NCBI GenBank assembly: GCA_002633005.1
Contig: NMRA01000396.1
Coordinates: forward strand, 50,615-114,614
Length of the DNA: 64,000 nucleotides
From: Phoronis australis
Lineage: Eukaryota; Animalia; Phoronida
Direction of reading: 5' to 3'
The notes under the pieces: generated by a model
Databases searched by the model: none
Told to the model about the DNA's origin: nothing
The model's input: only the letters and a program-made list of their open reading frames with translations
Shown: positions 1 to 13,394 of the stretch, one piece after another
Layout: every line of letters begins with the position of its first letter
How positions within the stretch are numbered: the first letter of the stretch is position 1
Position numbers and translations under genes: made by a program

Positions 1-39
1 CTTTTTCGGCTGCGTCCAAAAAATGATGCATTTGTGAGG

Positions 40-1190
40 ACGGAACATTGTCGAAGACAGAGGATTGGAATTAGAAAAAAGGTGGCTGTAAATTCCCCAA
101 AAATGGTGCTTTGTAAGTTCCTGATATAAATATTATATACAAATCATTACTAATTACATTTAAATGGGTTACGCGTAGCTTAGATAGAAACAATGAAGTT
201 TTTAAAGTGTTTCCAATATATGTTTTTAAAACGTAAGAGGGTAGTCTGACCTCTTAATCAAATTATGATTGTAATTTGCTGTCTCTCACAAATATTGATA
301 TTTTCTAGCATGACATCGTGATTGCTTGGGAAGAAACTATTGGTCATTTACATTAGGACATAACAATTGTAGACCAAACAGTGTGGAATAACATAAAACA
401 TTGATTAATGGGAGAACTATATTCTGTAATAGTTTCTTTAAGGATGCTATTGTATTTGGGTAGGATCTTTTGTATTCTGAAAATAAGTTTCGGACATGGG
501 AGGTTTTGAGAGATAGATAAAAGCTGTCAATTTGGATTCATTATGCTTTTTGAGAGGTGCACTTAAGTTGACAGTTGAGTATTCCAGGTCAAAATGTATA
601 CATACTCTCCGGTCAAGTGAAATTACTGCTGTGTTTTCTAGCAATATTTTGCTCCCCAAAATTGTTTCCCCTCCTAATATATAGTACAGCCTAACTGATA
701 TATACTCTAGACAACGAATTTAACAATTTTATGTTCTTCCACACACACAAACTTTTGTTATCTTCTTATTTTAAAACCTTTAAGTATTTCTATATTCACA
801 GAAAAATGTTTACAGAAATTAAATTGAAGAATATAAAAAGTGTGCATCTTGTGGAACAGTTGAAACTTTTAATCATATGTTTGTGGAATGTGGTTCTGTG
901 AAAACTTTGTGGTGTGAAATTCGGAAAGTTCTAATTTATGTAACTACACAACACGATTTAATCTTAGAAAATGGGTTATTTTTACAGAATAATGTTGATG
1001 AAATATTTAATATATTAATGCTATATTAACTACTTGTCAGTATTTTATTCATAAATGCTCTAGAGACTAGATTATTCCTATATATTCACAGTTTCAATGT
1101 TTCTTGTGTAATTATGGTAAAGAACGACATTTACAACCCCGTAAAACTGCCTTTTGGGAAACCTTCAATACTTATGTAGATTAGATCAAC
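40..1190 (+). mobile_element. Decayed 3' part of an L1/Tx1-like LINE ORF2
   Basis: 838-930 translates KCASCGTVETFNHMFVECGSVKTLWCEIRKV, the CxxC..ETxxHxFxxC..W zinc-binding (zf-RVT-like) motif. QTVWNN occurs near 375. Many stops and frameshifts; boundaries approximate. Confidence 0.7.
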
Positions 1191-1289
1191 CGTGAAGTTT
1201 TATTATTTGAATATATGCGTGAGTGTATCTGTTTCATTTTCATATAACTCGTTGTTGCATATCTCAGTGTATTTAGAAATTAATTGTTT

Positions 1290-3200
1290 ATCCAAAAAAC
1301 AAAGAGGTTTGAAGCGTTTGGGAACCTTGAACTTGGCTAGTTGTGAGACATCATTTATCCACTTAATCCACTCATCTGTTCTCTGTAGGAAAACAGGGTC
1401 AAACCAACCCAGTCCTCGTCGACAGAGTTCCTGCAGAAGGATCTTCGCCGGGAGTACAAACGGGGAGACCAGACCGAGAAGGCCATTTATGTATAGCAAT
1501 GACAGCCGAGACATTGCCTCTATGGGTCATTGGGCGGTATTTCACTTCAATTTTGAACTCTTCTGTGTTAGCGTTCAGCCACATACCCCAGGCTTTTTCT
1601 TTCGGTAAGTCACTTAAGGTTAGATCCTTTACGTCTCCAGCACGTTTACGGACAGGAACACTTTCAATTACATCTCTGGAGTTTGACATCCACTTTGTTG
1701 TCCTCAATCTGCCCTGACGTAGAAGGTCGGTAACATTACGATTAACAGTTGTAGTGCTCATTTGCCAGCTTCTCCGAAGGTTCTATTACGTGCAAAGCCC
1801 TAACCTCATCTACCGACATAACTGTGTCCTCTTTGTCATACTTCAGGACATTAAACTCAATATTGCAGTATTGACTGAACTGCGTAGACAAAGCCTCATT
1901 TGTGAGGATGTCATTGGCCCTGTAGTGACCTTCCTCTCGTCCATGGGTTCGGTTGACGGTCCAGCCAAACATAATTCTAACCGGGAATGGACCTCCTCCG
2001 TGCGTGGACCTTATGACTGCCAGCGGTTGGATAGATCAACTGTGGTTACTGCCGATTAGCAGGCCAACTGCAACGTTGATCTTGGGCAATTGCAGATGTA
2101 GCAGTTTAAACCAGCTTGCCAAGTCTTGTTGGTTGGGTGTGTCAGAAAGGGAGACTGGGAGTGCAGGATCTGTCAATAAATTCGGCAAATGTAGCATATC
2201 ATTCTCATCCAGCTCTACAATCAAGCTTTTCATTGGTCTTTGACATAGGCGTCAAACTGATGTTTGGTTGTTCGGTCATATAAATAATCAGCTTCTTTAC
2301 TAGCGTTAGTGCAGAATGATGCAGTGGATCTATTGTCTAGGAATGCTTAGGCCATCACTGTACGGCACCACCTTTAACCTTGATGGGTACAATGGCCAAT
2401 TCAGCAAATTCCCCAGTCGTTCGTAAGTAGCCGTTTTTAGTTCTCATTTGGACAGCAGCACTGTCCTGATTTTGTTATGAACCTGCTGGTGGCGTTGATG
2501 TTTCGTAGGAATGCAACAGTATGTTGGGCCATTTAGTGCCAACTTTGAAGCGGACTGTGCTTCTACTTTCTTCTGATCTGTGATTCATCTTCAGACAGTT
2601 GAAACACCACCCTCTTTCCTGAATCATCTTTTGTCTGCTTGCAAGACTTATCGACTGAAAAGAAAGACACTGGTCAAGGAAATGAACCTTCTGGCAGACT
2701 GGACATGACAAATTATTGCCAAATGATTTGGCTGTGTTTGGGGTGGGAGCTTTGGCAGGCGTATGCTTTCCCGAGATCTCTCTGAAAACTGGGTGTATCA
2801 GCCCTCGAACCTCTCTGCTTACAAACCCATGATTATTTTCCAAAGTACGCTGTCTCAATAGTGAAGTGATAATATTTTCGAACGCCCGTACTGGGTCGGA
2901 CCACCGTCAAATCGATACACATAAGATTTTGTTAATGTTGTGCTACCAAAAATTTGCATCATACTCTGTTTTTCTTATTCGTTGCTCTCGTTTTTACTGC
3001 TTTCTTGCGGGGTTCATGTTTGTCAGCTGCCGATTCACCATCAGAACCATCTTGGACTGGTTGCTTCGCAAGGCAGGTTTCTGCTCTTTTCTGAAATGTC
3101 ACGACTTTAGTCTCTTTTTCTTCTAAACCTTCAAAGAGATCTTCAACTTCAGACTGCTTCTAAAATGCTTTAATTATTTCTTTCTAACAATATTCATACG
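1290..3200 (-). mobile_element. BEL/Pao LTR retrotransposon gag-pol remnant, frameshifted and internally deleted
   Basis: Collinear minus-strand fragments: Gag Cys/His knuckles CPVCQKVHFLDQC...CFNCLKMNH (2475-2858), protease-region VGLLIGSN and FGWTV, then GLVSPFVLPAKILLQELCRRGLGW (1203-1514), a BEL/Pao Pol hallmark. The RT core is missing. Confidence 0.85.
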
Positions 3201-3689
3201 TGTTCCAAATATGCTTTAAACCGTGCAGTTTTTACTTAACTTCAGTTGTAGACATTTCATCTTACATGGCATGACGTACTTCATTTCTACTCACCAACAA
3301 CGCTTCTTCTAGCTCCTTCAGTTTTTGTCTTGTCAGTGGAACTTTACCTTCCTGGTGAATCTTAGAGGCTAGTAACGCCCAAATTTTTTAGTAACTTGAT
3401 CTTTATCTGTATTGTCTAAGCGCCTTCACGACAATGAACATAGTCCACACGCCTTCACAACAATGGGTTTAGACGTGTCTCAGACTTAAAAAAACCGTAA
3501 CGTGATCAAAATTAACATATTTTGTCAAACAACTTTTTGATCACATTGTCTTTGCGTCCTCATTAAAAAATCCTCCAGATGGTAGTCCAGTAAGTCACTT
3601 GCAAGAATCGCCACAAGTTGACAGCACATTACGGTATAATAACTTAAGTGGCAGAAAGGCCTCTACAGTCCCCACTCAGAATTTCTTAG

Positions 3690-4110
3690 GGTGAATACTG
3701 TTCCTGCAGTTTTTCTGGATCAACCTTCTGCGTTTGATATGGTGCAACATGATGTGCCATTCGAACTTCGTAAGTATGAGATAGGTGAAACAGTCTATCT
3801 TTTATATAAAGTCTATGGAGTTCGTATAGATGAATCGCCATTTGGATACGTCAATGCTGGTGTACCACAAGGCAGTGTCTTGGGACCGTTGCTTTTTCTA
3901 CTATTTGCTAATGACCTACTTGATGGACTGTAATCTAAGATGTTTTTAAATTCTTATCCAAAAAACAAAACCAAAAAAGTAGCCTCAGTCTTTACAAAGG
4001 GACCTTAATTTTCTGTTTGATTGGGCAACAAAACGTCGTATGGAGTTTAAAGTGTCCAAAAGTTACGCCATAATGTTTTCGCAAAATCAAATACCTGTAC
4101 TACATATTCG
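3690..4110 (+). mobile_element. CR1/L2-type LINE reverse transcriptase fragment
   Basis: ORF 3691-3933 contains FLDQPSAFDMVQH and GVPQGSVLGPLLFLLFANDL. Confidence 0.85.
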
Positions 4111-4739
4111 TATCTCCCCCGCCGCCCGCTGGGACGGTCACGAATACAAACTTTAAATGACATCGAAACTATGAAACATTGGGATTTGTCGAAAGATGCC
4201 TTCCGTAGCGTACGTATGCTAGACCAACAAGGCCGCGTGGAGAGGGAAAAAGACGACAATGGCCAATCCGAATAACGAGCGGAAATCACTTTTTGATCCA
4301 TCAGCATACTGAATTTTTATAAATATACCTTAAAGTCCTGGTCTCACACGTTGTTAACCCTTATTACATGGTTAGAGGATGTTATAAGGATCCAACAAGA
4401 ACCTACCCTATAACTAATAGACGATCCGTACGCGAAAAAAGTTTAAATGAACGCGCCAATCACGATTTGCACCCGAAGAACCACCGCCATTTTGAACTTA
4501 CCGCGAACCCGGAAGTACAATTCATTCAGGAACCCAGGCTAAGAAAACGCCGTCAGTGCGACCGGAGCAGTGCCTGTTACCAGCCTGCAAACGGGGATAA
4601 AATAATTATAAAAAAAATAATTGAAGGCGGTCTGATACACGTTGTACCAGACGTGCGCAGGCCTCGCATGTGGGCCCATTCCACTGATCACCTGGAAATA
4701 TTTTTATGCTTTATTAAAATATGGTTAAAACCGAGCTGA

Positions 4740-4850
4740 GGAGCTAGAAACCTGGCTCAAGGGTTTAGCGGTGTGACCTGGTTGGACTTGAACCCACGAC
4801 CTCGAGTAAAGAAAGCGGGCACTTATCAACCAGCCCTTAGGTTAGCTGGC
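4740..4850 (-). mobile_element. Possible tRNA-derived SINE head
   Basis: Minus strand reads gggctggttgataagtgcccgc...ggtcgtgggttcaagtcc, giving degenerate A and B boxes at tRNA spacing. No intact cloverleaf. Confidence 0.4.
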
Positions 4851-7239
4851 CTCAATCAGTGCCAGGTATCAGTATGAAGACTATCGTCAAAATACAGCTT
4901 GTTAGTAGGCCTATACTGCTTTGTGCCAAGGCACCAAGCCTAAAACATGGGGGCTGTAATTTTTGGGAATGTCTACCTTTTACTATAAGATTCACTGGGT
5001 AAATTAAGAGCTATGAATTGCAGACGCTAAATTTTGGTACTTCCTGTCTTCCAGTAGACTTTTTCTCGTTCTCTACTTTTTTCGGAGTTCGTGCTTCTCT
5101 GACTGAGGCAAACCTTTTTCCATTTCTCCAAGTAGGGGGCTTGTTCGAGCACATAAGTATGACAAGTCCAATACAAAATGTTATAATTTTTTATTCATTA
5201 AGCCAAAATCATTCAACCTTTTACCATAATAAGTAACTTAAAATGTACAATACGTTACAACATTTAAGCATTACAAACACTGTCAAACAGCACAAGTTTC
5301 CATGATATGAAAGTGCACATACAAGTAACTATTACCATGGTGACCGAATAGTGTTTTCTTACACTATACATATAATTTGAAAAGCATAATAATGAAGTTC
5401 CAAGGAACAAGAATTGGAGGCTTGGAGCTTCAGAATCCGACATAGCTTATTTCTCAAATTAAGGTTATAACTTGAATTACGAAGCAATAAGTTACAAAAC
5501 ATGACTTGAAAGCAATTGAGACTTAAAATTTAGAAAAATATGAGTCATTTTGTGACACCTAATCAAGCCTTGAACAGCAGTTGACAGTCAAACAAAAAAA
5601 CATTTCAAAATTATTTCAACTATTTTTTATAGCTTAGTGTAAGATCTCCTGAATGGGAAATTCACAGTAAAATAATTCGAATATATCTTATATTTTTAAA
5701 CAAAAAACACGAAAATTGAACAAAGTTCTTTTTTTGTAGCAACGTTTGTCAAAATGTATCAACGTTAAGTCTTTAAAAATTACAAAGTAACAAGTTGAAC
5801 ATGCCTTCCAGTTCAGCATAAGTCGCCGTGTTGTCGGTGCCGCCAGAAATGAGACGAAATCCAACGGGAATTGTGAGCACATTCATCACTTAATGAGAAG
5901 CTGAAATTTGGTGAACACTGTTGAATCGTGTATGATAGTAAGTAAAAAAATGTTTCACTAAATTTCACCGTAATTGGTTGGCGAAAGCAATTTACACAAA
6001 GTTTTCAACTCGTAACTTATCCCGCTGTCCTCCAATATGGCCGACTCGATCCATACGAAGTGACCTAAATTTCGCCACAAAATTGCAATAACTTTACACT
6101 GCTTGCCCCATATTTTGACACTTTTTGATTTTTACTGAGTATAATGCACCACCTTCCCGATGATAGCGAAGTACTTTTTCAAAACGAGAAAAAAATCAAA
6201 TCGCAAAAAAAATTGGTTCGCCTCATATTGGTTCCTAGGTTCGACGGCCCTTCGCAAGGAACTAAACACCATGCTGTTTTAACATAATAAGTACACGTAA
6301 CATTCCAAAAAAATTCAACGGCCACAAACTACAGTATATAAATACACTACATATGCAAAGGAATCACGAGATATTACTACTAAAACAAAATAATGAAGAC
6401 CTTTCGAGCAAGCGATAGAACATTCAGTTACAAGGAAAAAATGGCGGCGTTCAGGACAAGTTCCTGAACTGATGAGCCGGCAATTTGGGTACGGAAATAA
6501 TCGATGACAACCGGTAATTATACGCTCACAGACAAGGGTCAACTACTGCTAAAATCGCTTTTGGCAATAAAGGCGAAAAGAACATAAAAAAGGGTGCCGA
6601 AAATAAGATTTTATTTAGTAAATATTTTCGGATACTGGAACCACATGGGCAGTTTGAGATAGGACTTTAAGCAACACAGTAGGCCCTTGGCAAGAAAGCA
6701 ATCAAGGGAAGAGGAGTGATCAGAAAATTACGTAGAACTTGAGCGGTAGCGGAAAACAATGGAATACGTCAGAAACTCCAGGTGGTACATGTATATCTAC
6801 ACACCAATTGTTTGAGCATTTCCTTGAAAATATGCCTACCGCAACGCCATTCATAGTGCGATTTCGACCAAAATTAGGCCTCCAGTACTTAATGACATAA
6901 ATCTTGTGCATAAATTTTTATTTTAGTGACATTTTCGGATGGCGAACTCACCCTGTTTTCTAAATTAATGAATTTAACGGAAAGGGTATTTTTAATAGTT
7001 GCGACGTGTGATTGCCTAATTTTCTCAATGTTGGAGATTAAAACTAAGTATAAATATGACACAAATTACTAAGTGTCAATATTCAGTTGATCAAACCAAA
7101 ATTTCATCTTTTTGAGTCATTCTTGATGATCTAAGTCGTCATTGGCATACGAGAATAATTATATACAAATTAATTTCCATAACCTTGACATACAGTTAAG
7201 AGGTTACTCGCCAATTGCATAACTGGTGTGTGAGAAAAA

Positions 7240-7606
7240 AAGATATTTCAAACAGTTTTGAAATGTATGGATGCTTATCAAGTCAAGTCAGTGTCAACAA
7301 GCATGTAGATAGCATAATTACAAGCCTCCTGCAACTTCAAACAGAACATTCAATTATTTTCAGATTAGTTTACGGATGTCATTGTTTAATCAAGCACAGA
7401 AAATAAGGAAGTTATTGTTGCCGGCGATCTCAACAATGACCTACGATAAATTACTGATGACCGAAAGATTTCTTTGACATCTGTCTTGTTTCCACTTCAA
7501 ACAAAGATCACGTAGACTATCAGACTCAATGAAATGTCAACATTTCTACTTGATTACACGTATTCAACATCCAAAGACGCCACAAAGATATGCCTTATTG
7601 GCATAT
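7240..7606 (+). mobile_element. LINE endonuclease-like fragment; related copy at ~36620-37150
   Basis: Encodes IVAGDLN (APE GDxN motif). Shares caattattttcagatta..tacggatgtcattgtt and ggcgatctcaaca with 36875-36960. Confidence 0.55.
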
Positions 7607-7956
7607 ATTTATGGTGTCGGCCCGCTGTCCCTGATCCTTTCATTCATGGTGCCAATCCGATGTCCCTGGTTCTTATATTTATGGTGTCTGCCCGTTGTCC
7701 CTGGTCCTTATATTTATGATGTACGCCCGCTGTCAGTGATCCTTATATTTATGGTATCGACCCGTTGTCCCTGGTCCTTATATTTTTGGTGTCGGTTCGC
7801 TGTCAGTGGTCATTATATTTATGGCGTCCTCCCGCTGTCCCTGGTTTTTAAATTAATGGTGTAGACCCGCTCTGCCTGGTCTTTATGATAATGGTGTCCG
7901 CCCAATGTCCCTGGTCCTTATATTTATGGTGTCCGCTCACTGTCCCTCGGCCCTAT
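7607..7956. repeat. Minisatellite, 10 copies of a 35-bp unit
   Basis: Consensus ~atttatggtgtcngcccgctgtccctggtccttat. Unit starts at 7607 and 7922 differ by exactly 9x35 bp. Confidence 0.95.
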
Positions 7957-8200
7957 GACCTCCATCCAATGTTTCCCCGCCATTATGTTTCCTTCTCCAA
8001 TGTTCTCTCACCCCTGTGGTCCCCACCCAACTTTTGTCTCATCTCTATGCTCCCCTAAAGTTTTATCGTTCCTGCTGTGTTCCCGCGCCCCGATATTCTC
8101 ATGCCCCCATTTTCGCCCGCCCCAATGTTCTCTCGTCCCCATGTTCTGGTGCCCCAATGTTCCCTCGTCCCTTTGTTCCCCATTCCGATGTTCCCTACTG
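7957..8200. repeat. C-rich degenerate short tandem repeat (ccc-aatgttccc-like)
   Basis: Recurrent atgttccc/atgttctc motifs directly after the minisatellite. A similar tract occurs at ~37155-37255. Confidence 0.7.
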
Positions 8201-10823
8201 CTAAGCCTAAATGTAGCAGCACCGGCAAAGCGACAAGATGCTTTACAGTCAGCTGTGATGTTTAATAACTTGTTAAGTTTGATTTCATGATGAATTGATA
8301 AAAAGTTTGTGAAACATTCATTTCATAATAAACTATTCAATACCATCAGAAGTTCTTAAGAACTTTTTAAAAAACAATCAATTCGGGAAAATATACAATA
8401 TCATGTAGTTTGAAACTTTTGATGTAAATCATTGACGTCCATCCGCGTGTCTTGAATGAATTTCTTTGTTTTCTGGGTCTGAAATGGTAATAGTGACGAC
8501 AATATTTCATCCTTTGGTCACGGCACCGATGAAATAAAAATAGAACATGAGTTTGTTAGATGGCTGCCTCGCAGAACCTTAGGTTAGGATTGTGGCTGAA
8601 GTCGAGGAGACAGAGTCAGTTGATTTGCTGCGAGCTCATGCTACATATATGTTCATTTTCTTTTGCTCTATGATGTCTGCGCTGGAATAGTAGCTTAAGG
8701 AAACGGTGTTCATTTGGCCATTTACATGTAGTTGTATGGTATTATTTGGCGATGTTCTTGATTTTATGAGGCGTTGATATGCAGTGTTACGCAGGCTGTT
8801 ATCTAGAGTCTTGTGGTTCTATTCCCAGTTTATATTCTTGGTTTTGCTGTGTTCATTTGTTTATTTGATTCACGATTATCAATCACTGTTTTTACTCGCA
8901 TTTAAAAATGCTAGTAAAAACAGTGATTGCTAACGATTCACAAGTTCATCAGTAACAACAATTTTCGGGTTAGAGCTGTTTGGGTGCATTGACGGCTCCT
9001 CAAGGTTATGCCTTACATCTCTGTGACCCGGATTCGATTTTAGTTTTTTTCAAGACACAAAGTCTTCCTTTAGTCAGTGGGCCGTGAACTATAGGAGAAC
9101 ATTTGATATTGTCTGTTTTTTAAATGTTTGAAAACTGTGTTTCATTAGATATGGGATGGAAATGCAATAGCATTGCATGGTTTTAAAACCACGACTCAAC
9201 AGAGTGAGGTAGATGGAAGTAAGGTGCAGATGCAATTATTTGCTTTTTCAGAAAGCAATTCAGGTTACAAGGCTGTGTAGGATGATAAAAGTCACAGATT
9301 ATACCAAATAACTTTTAATTAGTGCATGGTTAAATCCTTTACTTATCATTGATTCGGCATACAGTAGCTGGACTGACTAAAATTTTGAAATTACATCTAA
9401 AAGCATGCTGCTACTCAAACTACGAGCATTTTTGGGATGAAATACTTGATTTCCATCACACATTTGTACTACATGTAATGTAATTGGTTGAAAATACCAT
9501 ATCAGCCCATCTGGTGTTATTCCAATGTGAAGATTGGTGGAGAAACACTAAGTTTAATTTTTTTGTTGCATCACAGATATATTGGACACAACGATATAGC
9601 GTAGAATGCACACACGGATATTTGCTGATTAAACAGTAGATTTACAGACATACCTGCGGAGAATTTAGTACCCCTGGCACCAATGTTTTCAGGTTGGCGG
9701 ACAGAAGTTGCAACGTGCGCTCGTTGTGAACATGGATAACCGCAAGCAATACTGTGGGCTACACGCTGGGACTGCACACCAACAATAGCCCTCGCTTGTA
9801 CCGTTTGGTTAACCAGAGCTTTACACTTCTCTTGGATGCCACGTCAATCGTCGCCGTCCGCAGAGACGGGCCTCGGGACATTGCTGCACACCGCATGCCT
9901 TGATATTTTCATTGGTTTCCAAATTACCTGCTTTCCCAACCAGGATTCAAGCGGTTGAGTGTTGCGACTTACCAGCTAAAAGTATCACTGCATGTAAGCT
10001 CCACTCAAAACTGACGCTATCTCATGCTTAGTGTATGGTGCATTTCCACACACCACTTCAAAAAACTGCATTTTGTTTTAAGAAAACAAGAGCTACTGCA
10101 ACATTAACTGGTACTTTTATTTTACTCTTGTCTGAGGTGAACAGTTCTCAAAATAATCACTCGTTTAAAAAACCTCACTACTATCAATACCTTTATAACC
10201 AATCGTGTAAAAAGTAAACTTTGACGAAAGGACTGGACGGTCGGATTGTTCGACGAAATTTTCAATTGCACTTCGAGACACTTGTACACTCGAATCACTG
10301 TCCACAGTCCCACCTTTCAATGTTTACAGAACTCTTTGTCTTTTTTGCGTTCCCATACCAGTTGTTTCAATGAAATTTGCGTGGTTTTTCCGGAGACTTA
10401 TTCCAAAAAACACCGCCTTAACTTTAAGTCATGCGCACTCCTCTGCTTTAACAATTATATTAGGAAACACTTTAAAGGAAATCTGCACGTAAGTATTTAC
10501 GTATCGTAAGTGAAGCTTTGTAAAAAAAAAAACCTACAACCAAGTCATCAAATGATTATAATGGTAAGCAAACAAACGTATACTATTCTTTGTAACAAGT
10601 GTAAACTTAAATCTAATATTTAGAGATCTGGGTATAATGTGTAATTATGTGGCCTTTATTGCGTGTGATTTAATATACAAACATGGCCACTAACTGTTGC
10701 TGCGTTGGCCTGGCTACCAGAAGAAAATGCCAAGCAGTGATTTTAAGACTTTGAAGCAGCAAAGGTACACTGTTTCCATGCATGGTTTTCATCAGTAATA
10801 GCTGACCAAAGTAAGTGAACCCC

Positions 10824-11076
10824 AAGCGCGCAGTCAGGGGGGGGGGTCAAAGGGCGCGAACGATCCCCCATTTGGCAAAGTCGGCAAAAAGGTCCGCCTT
10901 CGACAAACAAAAAGTCCTAGAAAACGAGACAAAAGTCCAATAAACAAGCACAAACGCGCAGTTCACAATGGTGTCCCCGTTTTTTCTTTTTATTAGTCCG
11001 CTCGCTTTTTTGTTACCAAAAGGTCCACAACGTCACGAATTCGAGCCTCCCATATTGAAGGCTGGGTGCGCGCATG
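10824..11076. mobile_element. MITE-like element
   Basis: Inverted ends caagcgcgca...tgcgcgcatg, G-run/C-run subterminal motifs, and accc on both flanks. Confidence 0.55.
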
Positions 11077-11223
11077 TACCCGTGAACGCTTACATTCTAG
11101 CTCAAACCTCGGGCAAAATGTAGGCCTGCGCTAAAATGAGGAATGATAACTGTTGTGAAAGGTAGTGCTTGCCTAGGGGCGCATGTTTTGTTTCAAAAGC
11201 TGCAATAATCTGGTACCAGTTGG

Positions 11224-13394
11224 TTACATCTTGGATGCTCCTGAATTTTTTAACTCAAGACCGTTGGTGTCGCCACTGCATCCAGTTTCAGAAGTTTCTC
11301 GATGACCACTGGAGCAAGATGGCGCACGACTTGAGGTCTTCTTCTTCGAAACGAACTTCCGATATTTCAAAAATATAGGTTTTCTGCAGATGTAAGCAAG
11401 GAATATGAAGAATCCTTGCAGTGAGTTAAAGATGGTGAATAGATACCACAGCAGGTGACTTCCGGTTAGAGCCCCCAAGTAACCAAAGATCCATGTGCTT
11501 CCCATAACAGTGGAAAGTTTAACAGTTATCAGAAACACGCGATTATTTTCACGATTGTTCTTGACATGCTTTCTAACCTGACGCTTGTCTCTTACAATTT
11601 GGATGACAGTCAACGCAATCAAAATGATATTAAAGAAAATGATAATTGCCAAGGGCATCGCAAAACCGTACATAATTGATTCGTAACCGGAAATCCAGCA
11701 CCTTCTCTCATCTGCGTATTGGAAAGGTACATCAGTGGCGAACTCCAACACAAGGCAGATGGAAGATATCATTAAAGGACTCAGTATTGAATACAGAGCA
11801 TAGATGATAATTGCATGCGGGGACGGTTGCCGCACATCCATAATGTTGTAAAACGTTTTGAATATAGAAAAACACATACTGTTCATCCAAAAGAAGGCGC
11901 ATAACCACAAGAAGTGTTCGATTATAGCCACTGCCTTACATAATTTTGGAATTTCAGTACGATCAATGGCAGCTAACATTATAAGTTGCGCCATAAAAAG
12001 TGTTATCGCGAGATTCATCATAATTTGACCAGGTAGCGTTCTAAGTTCCTGGAATAGCGAGTACGTCAGCACAAATACTGCAAGGCCACACATACTGATC
12101 ACGTTTCCCGCGATCGTCAGTTTGTACTGAGTTTTGTTGTATTCAAAAAAACGAAGACCAGTCTCATTCGTGAATGGATTGCACACATATAGTAACTTGC
12201 CTTGAATAAAGTAGTCTCCTGGCTGAAACGACAATCCAGAGTTTACATATGCAATGCCGCCTTTCACTTCATACTCGTCATCTGTGTATGTGACCATTGG
12301 ACAGTTAAAATCCAAAGAATTATTGGCGATATTAGTACGATTCAAAGACGCAATGTTCGGATTACTTATTTTCGCAGTTTCATTGCCGCACGACTCATCA
12401 AGCATTCGAAATTTACCTCTTGGACAAACTAATGGACGACATTTCTTTGTCATTTTGTCATAAACGCTGTTTGCGAAACAGTTCACGGTCGGTCTACTTA
12501 TCTTTGGACTAAATTCGTCGCTCATTCCTCTGAAATCTAATAGATGAGAGAATCCCGAAAACTCACGAAAGGGGAGTACTCGAGGGTCAAAACAAAATAA
12601 TCCAGGCCAGCCCCCATATGGACAACGCCCATATTGTATCTTAACTACATCATCATTAGTATCGGGGAAGTAGTCTGAGAAGTACATATATGACAAGCAT
12701 TCCGTCGCAGTACTTGGGCAACTTTTCATGCATAGGGCGCTCCGAGGTTCCACACGAATATTGCAATGATGTGCGAGTGACGGCACCTTGTAAACCATTT
12801 GAAAGTCTCTCGACTTGTAGAGCTTTCGTATCAGTGCTGTGCCAGTAAGATTTTGCACAGTGAACTCAAAGAGCTGTTTTTGCTCTTCGTACGTTAAATT
12901 ATAAAGGGTATCGTTGATTAAAACACTCGTTTGCCAAAATGTACCCTTCTGGAGAATATGTGATACCTCCACACGATGGCAGAGTGCGCAATAGATGTTC
13001 CGGAATGCGTAGTATCTACCATCTCTCAAGTATCCATTAACAGGCAAGACCTGGAACACGTCGTCAATGTTTCTATAGTGGCACTTGCTAATAATACCTG
13101 TGTTCTTAAAATCCTCAGGACATCGCGAGATGAGTTTACTTCCGAAAGAGGCAAGGGCATAATCTAACCTCAGACATTCTGCGTAGCGGTTCATTGATGT
13201 GAAATTCCTTGCCATTGGTTTGTTGTCATGACAGCAATCGCCAAAGTCGGCACAGAACTCATCACAATAACATACTTGTCTCTGACGGCGTAGCCTATCT
13301 TCTACGAAAGGTGATGAGCACGAAATACCGCAGGCTTGATGCAACGATGGCTTAGAAGGCTGAGAATGGCAAGAAACTCCGCACGTCTGGAACA
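11224..13394 (-). CDS. GPCR-1 coding exon 3: SMB-like Cys-rich ectodomain and whole 7TM of a family-B (adhesion/Methuselah-like) GPCR
   Basis: Open frame of 2171 nt. SMB-like CYCDEFCADFGDCC and NIYCALCH. Seven hydrophobic helices with ELRTLPGQIMMNL, HFLWLCAFFWMN, RCWI, KLSTVMGSTWIFG and FNSLQGFFIF. Acceptor tgctgttttcag|TG (phase 1) is conserved in the paralogue. Confidence 0.95.

Noticed and set aside
7607-7956. 35-bp periodic repeat as a CRISPR array
   Set aside because: Units are contiguous and degenerate, with no unique spacers or cas genes, in a eukaryotic context.
7529-8290. Overlapping Pro/Cys-rich ORFs
   Set aside because: They are translations of tandem repeats.
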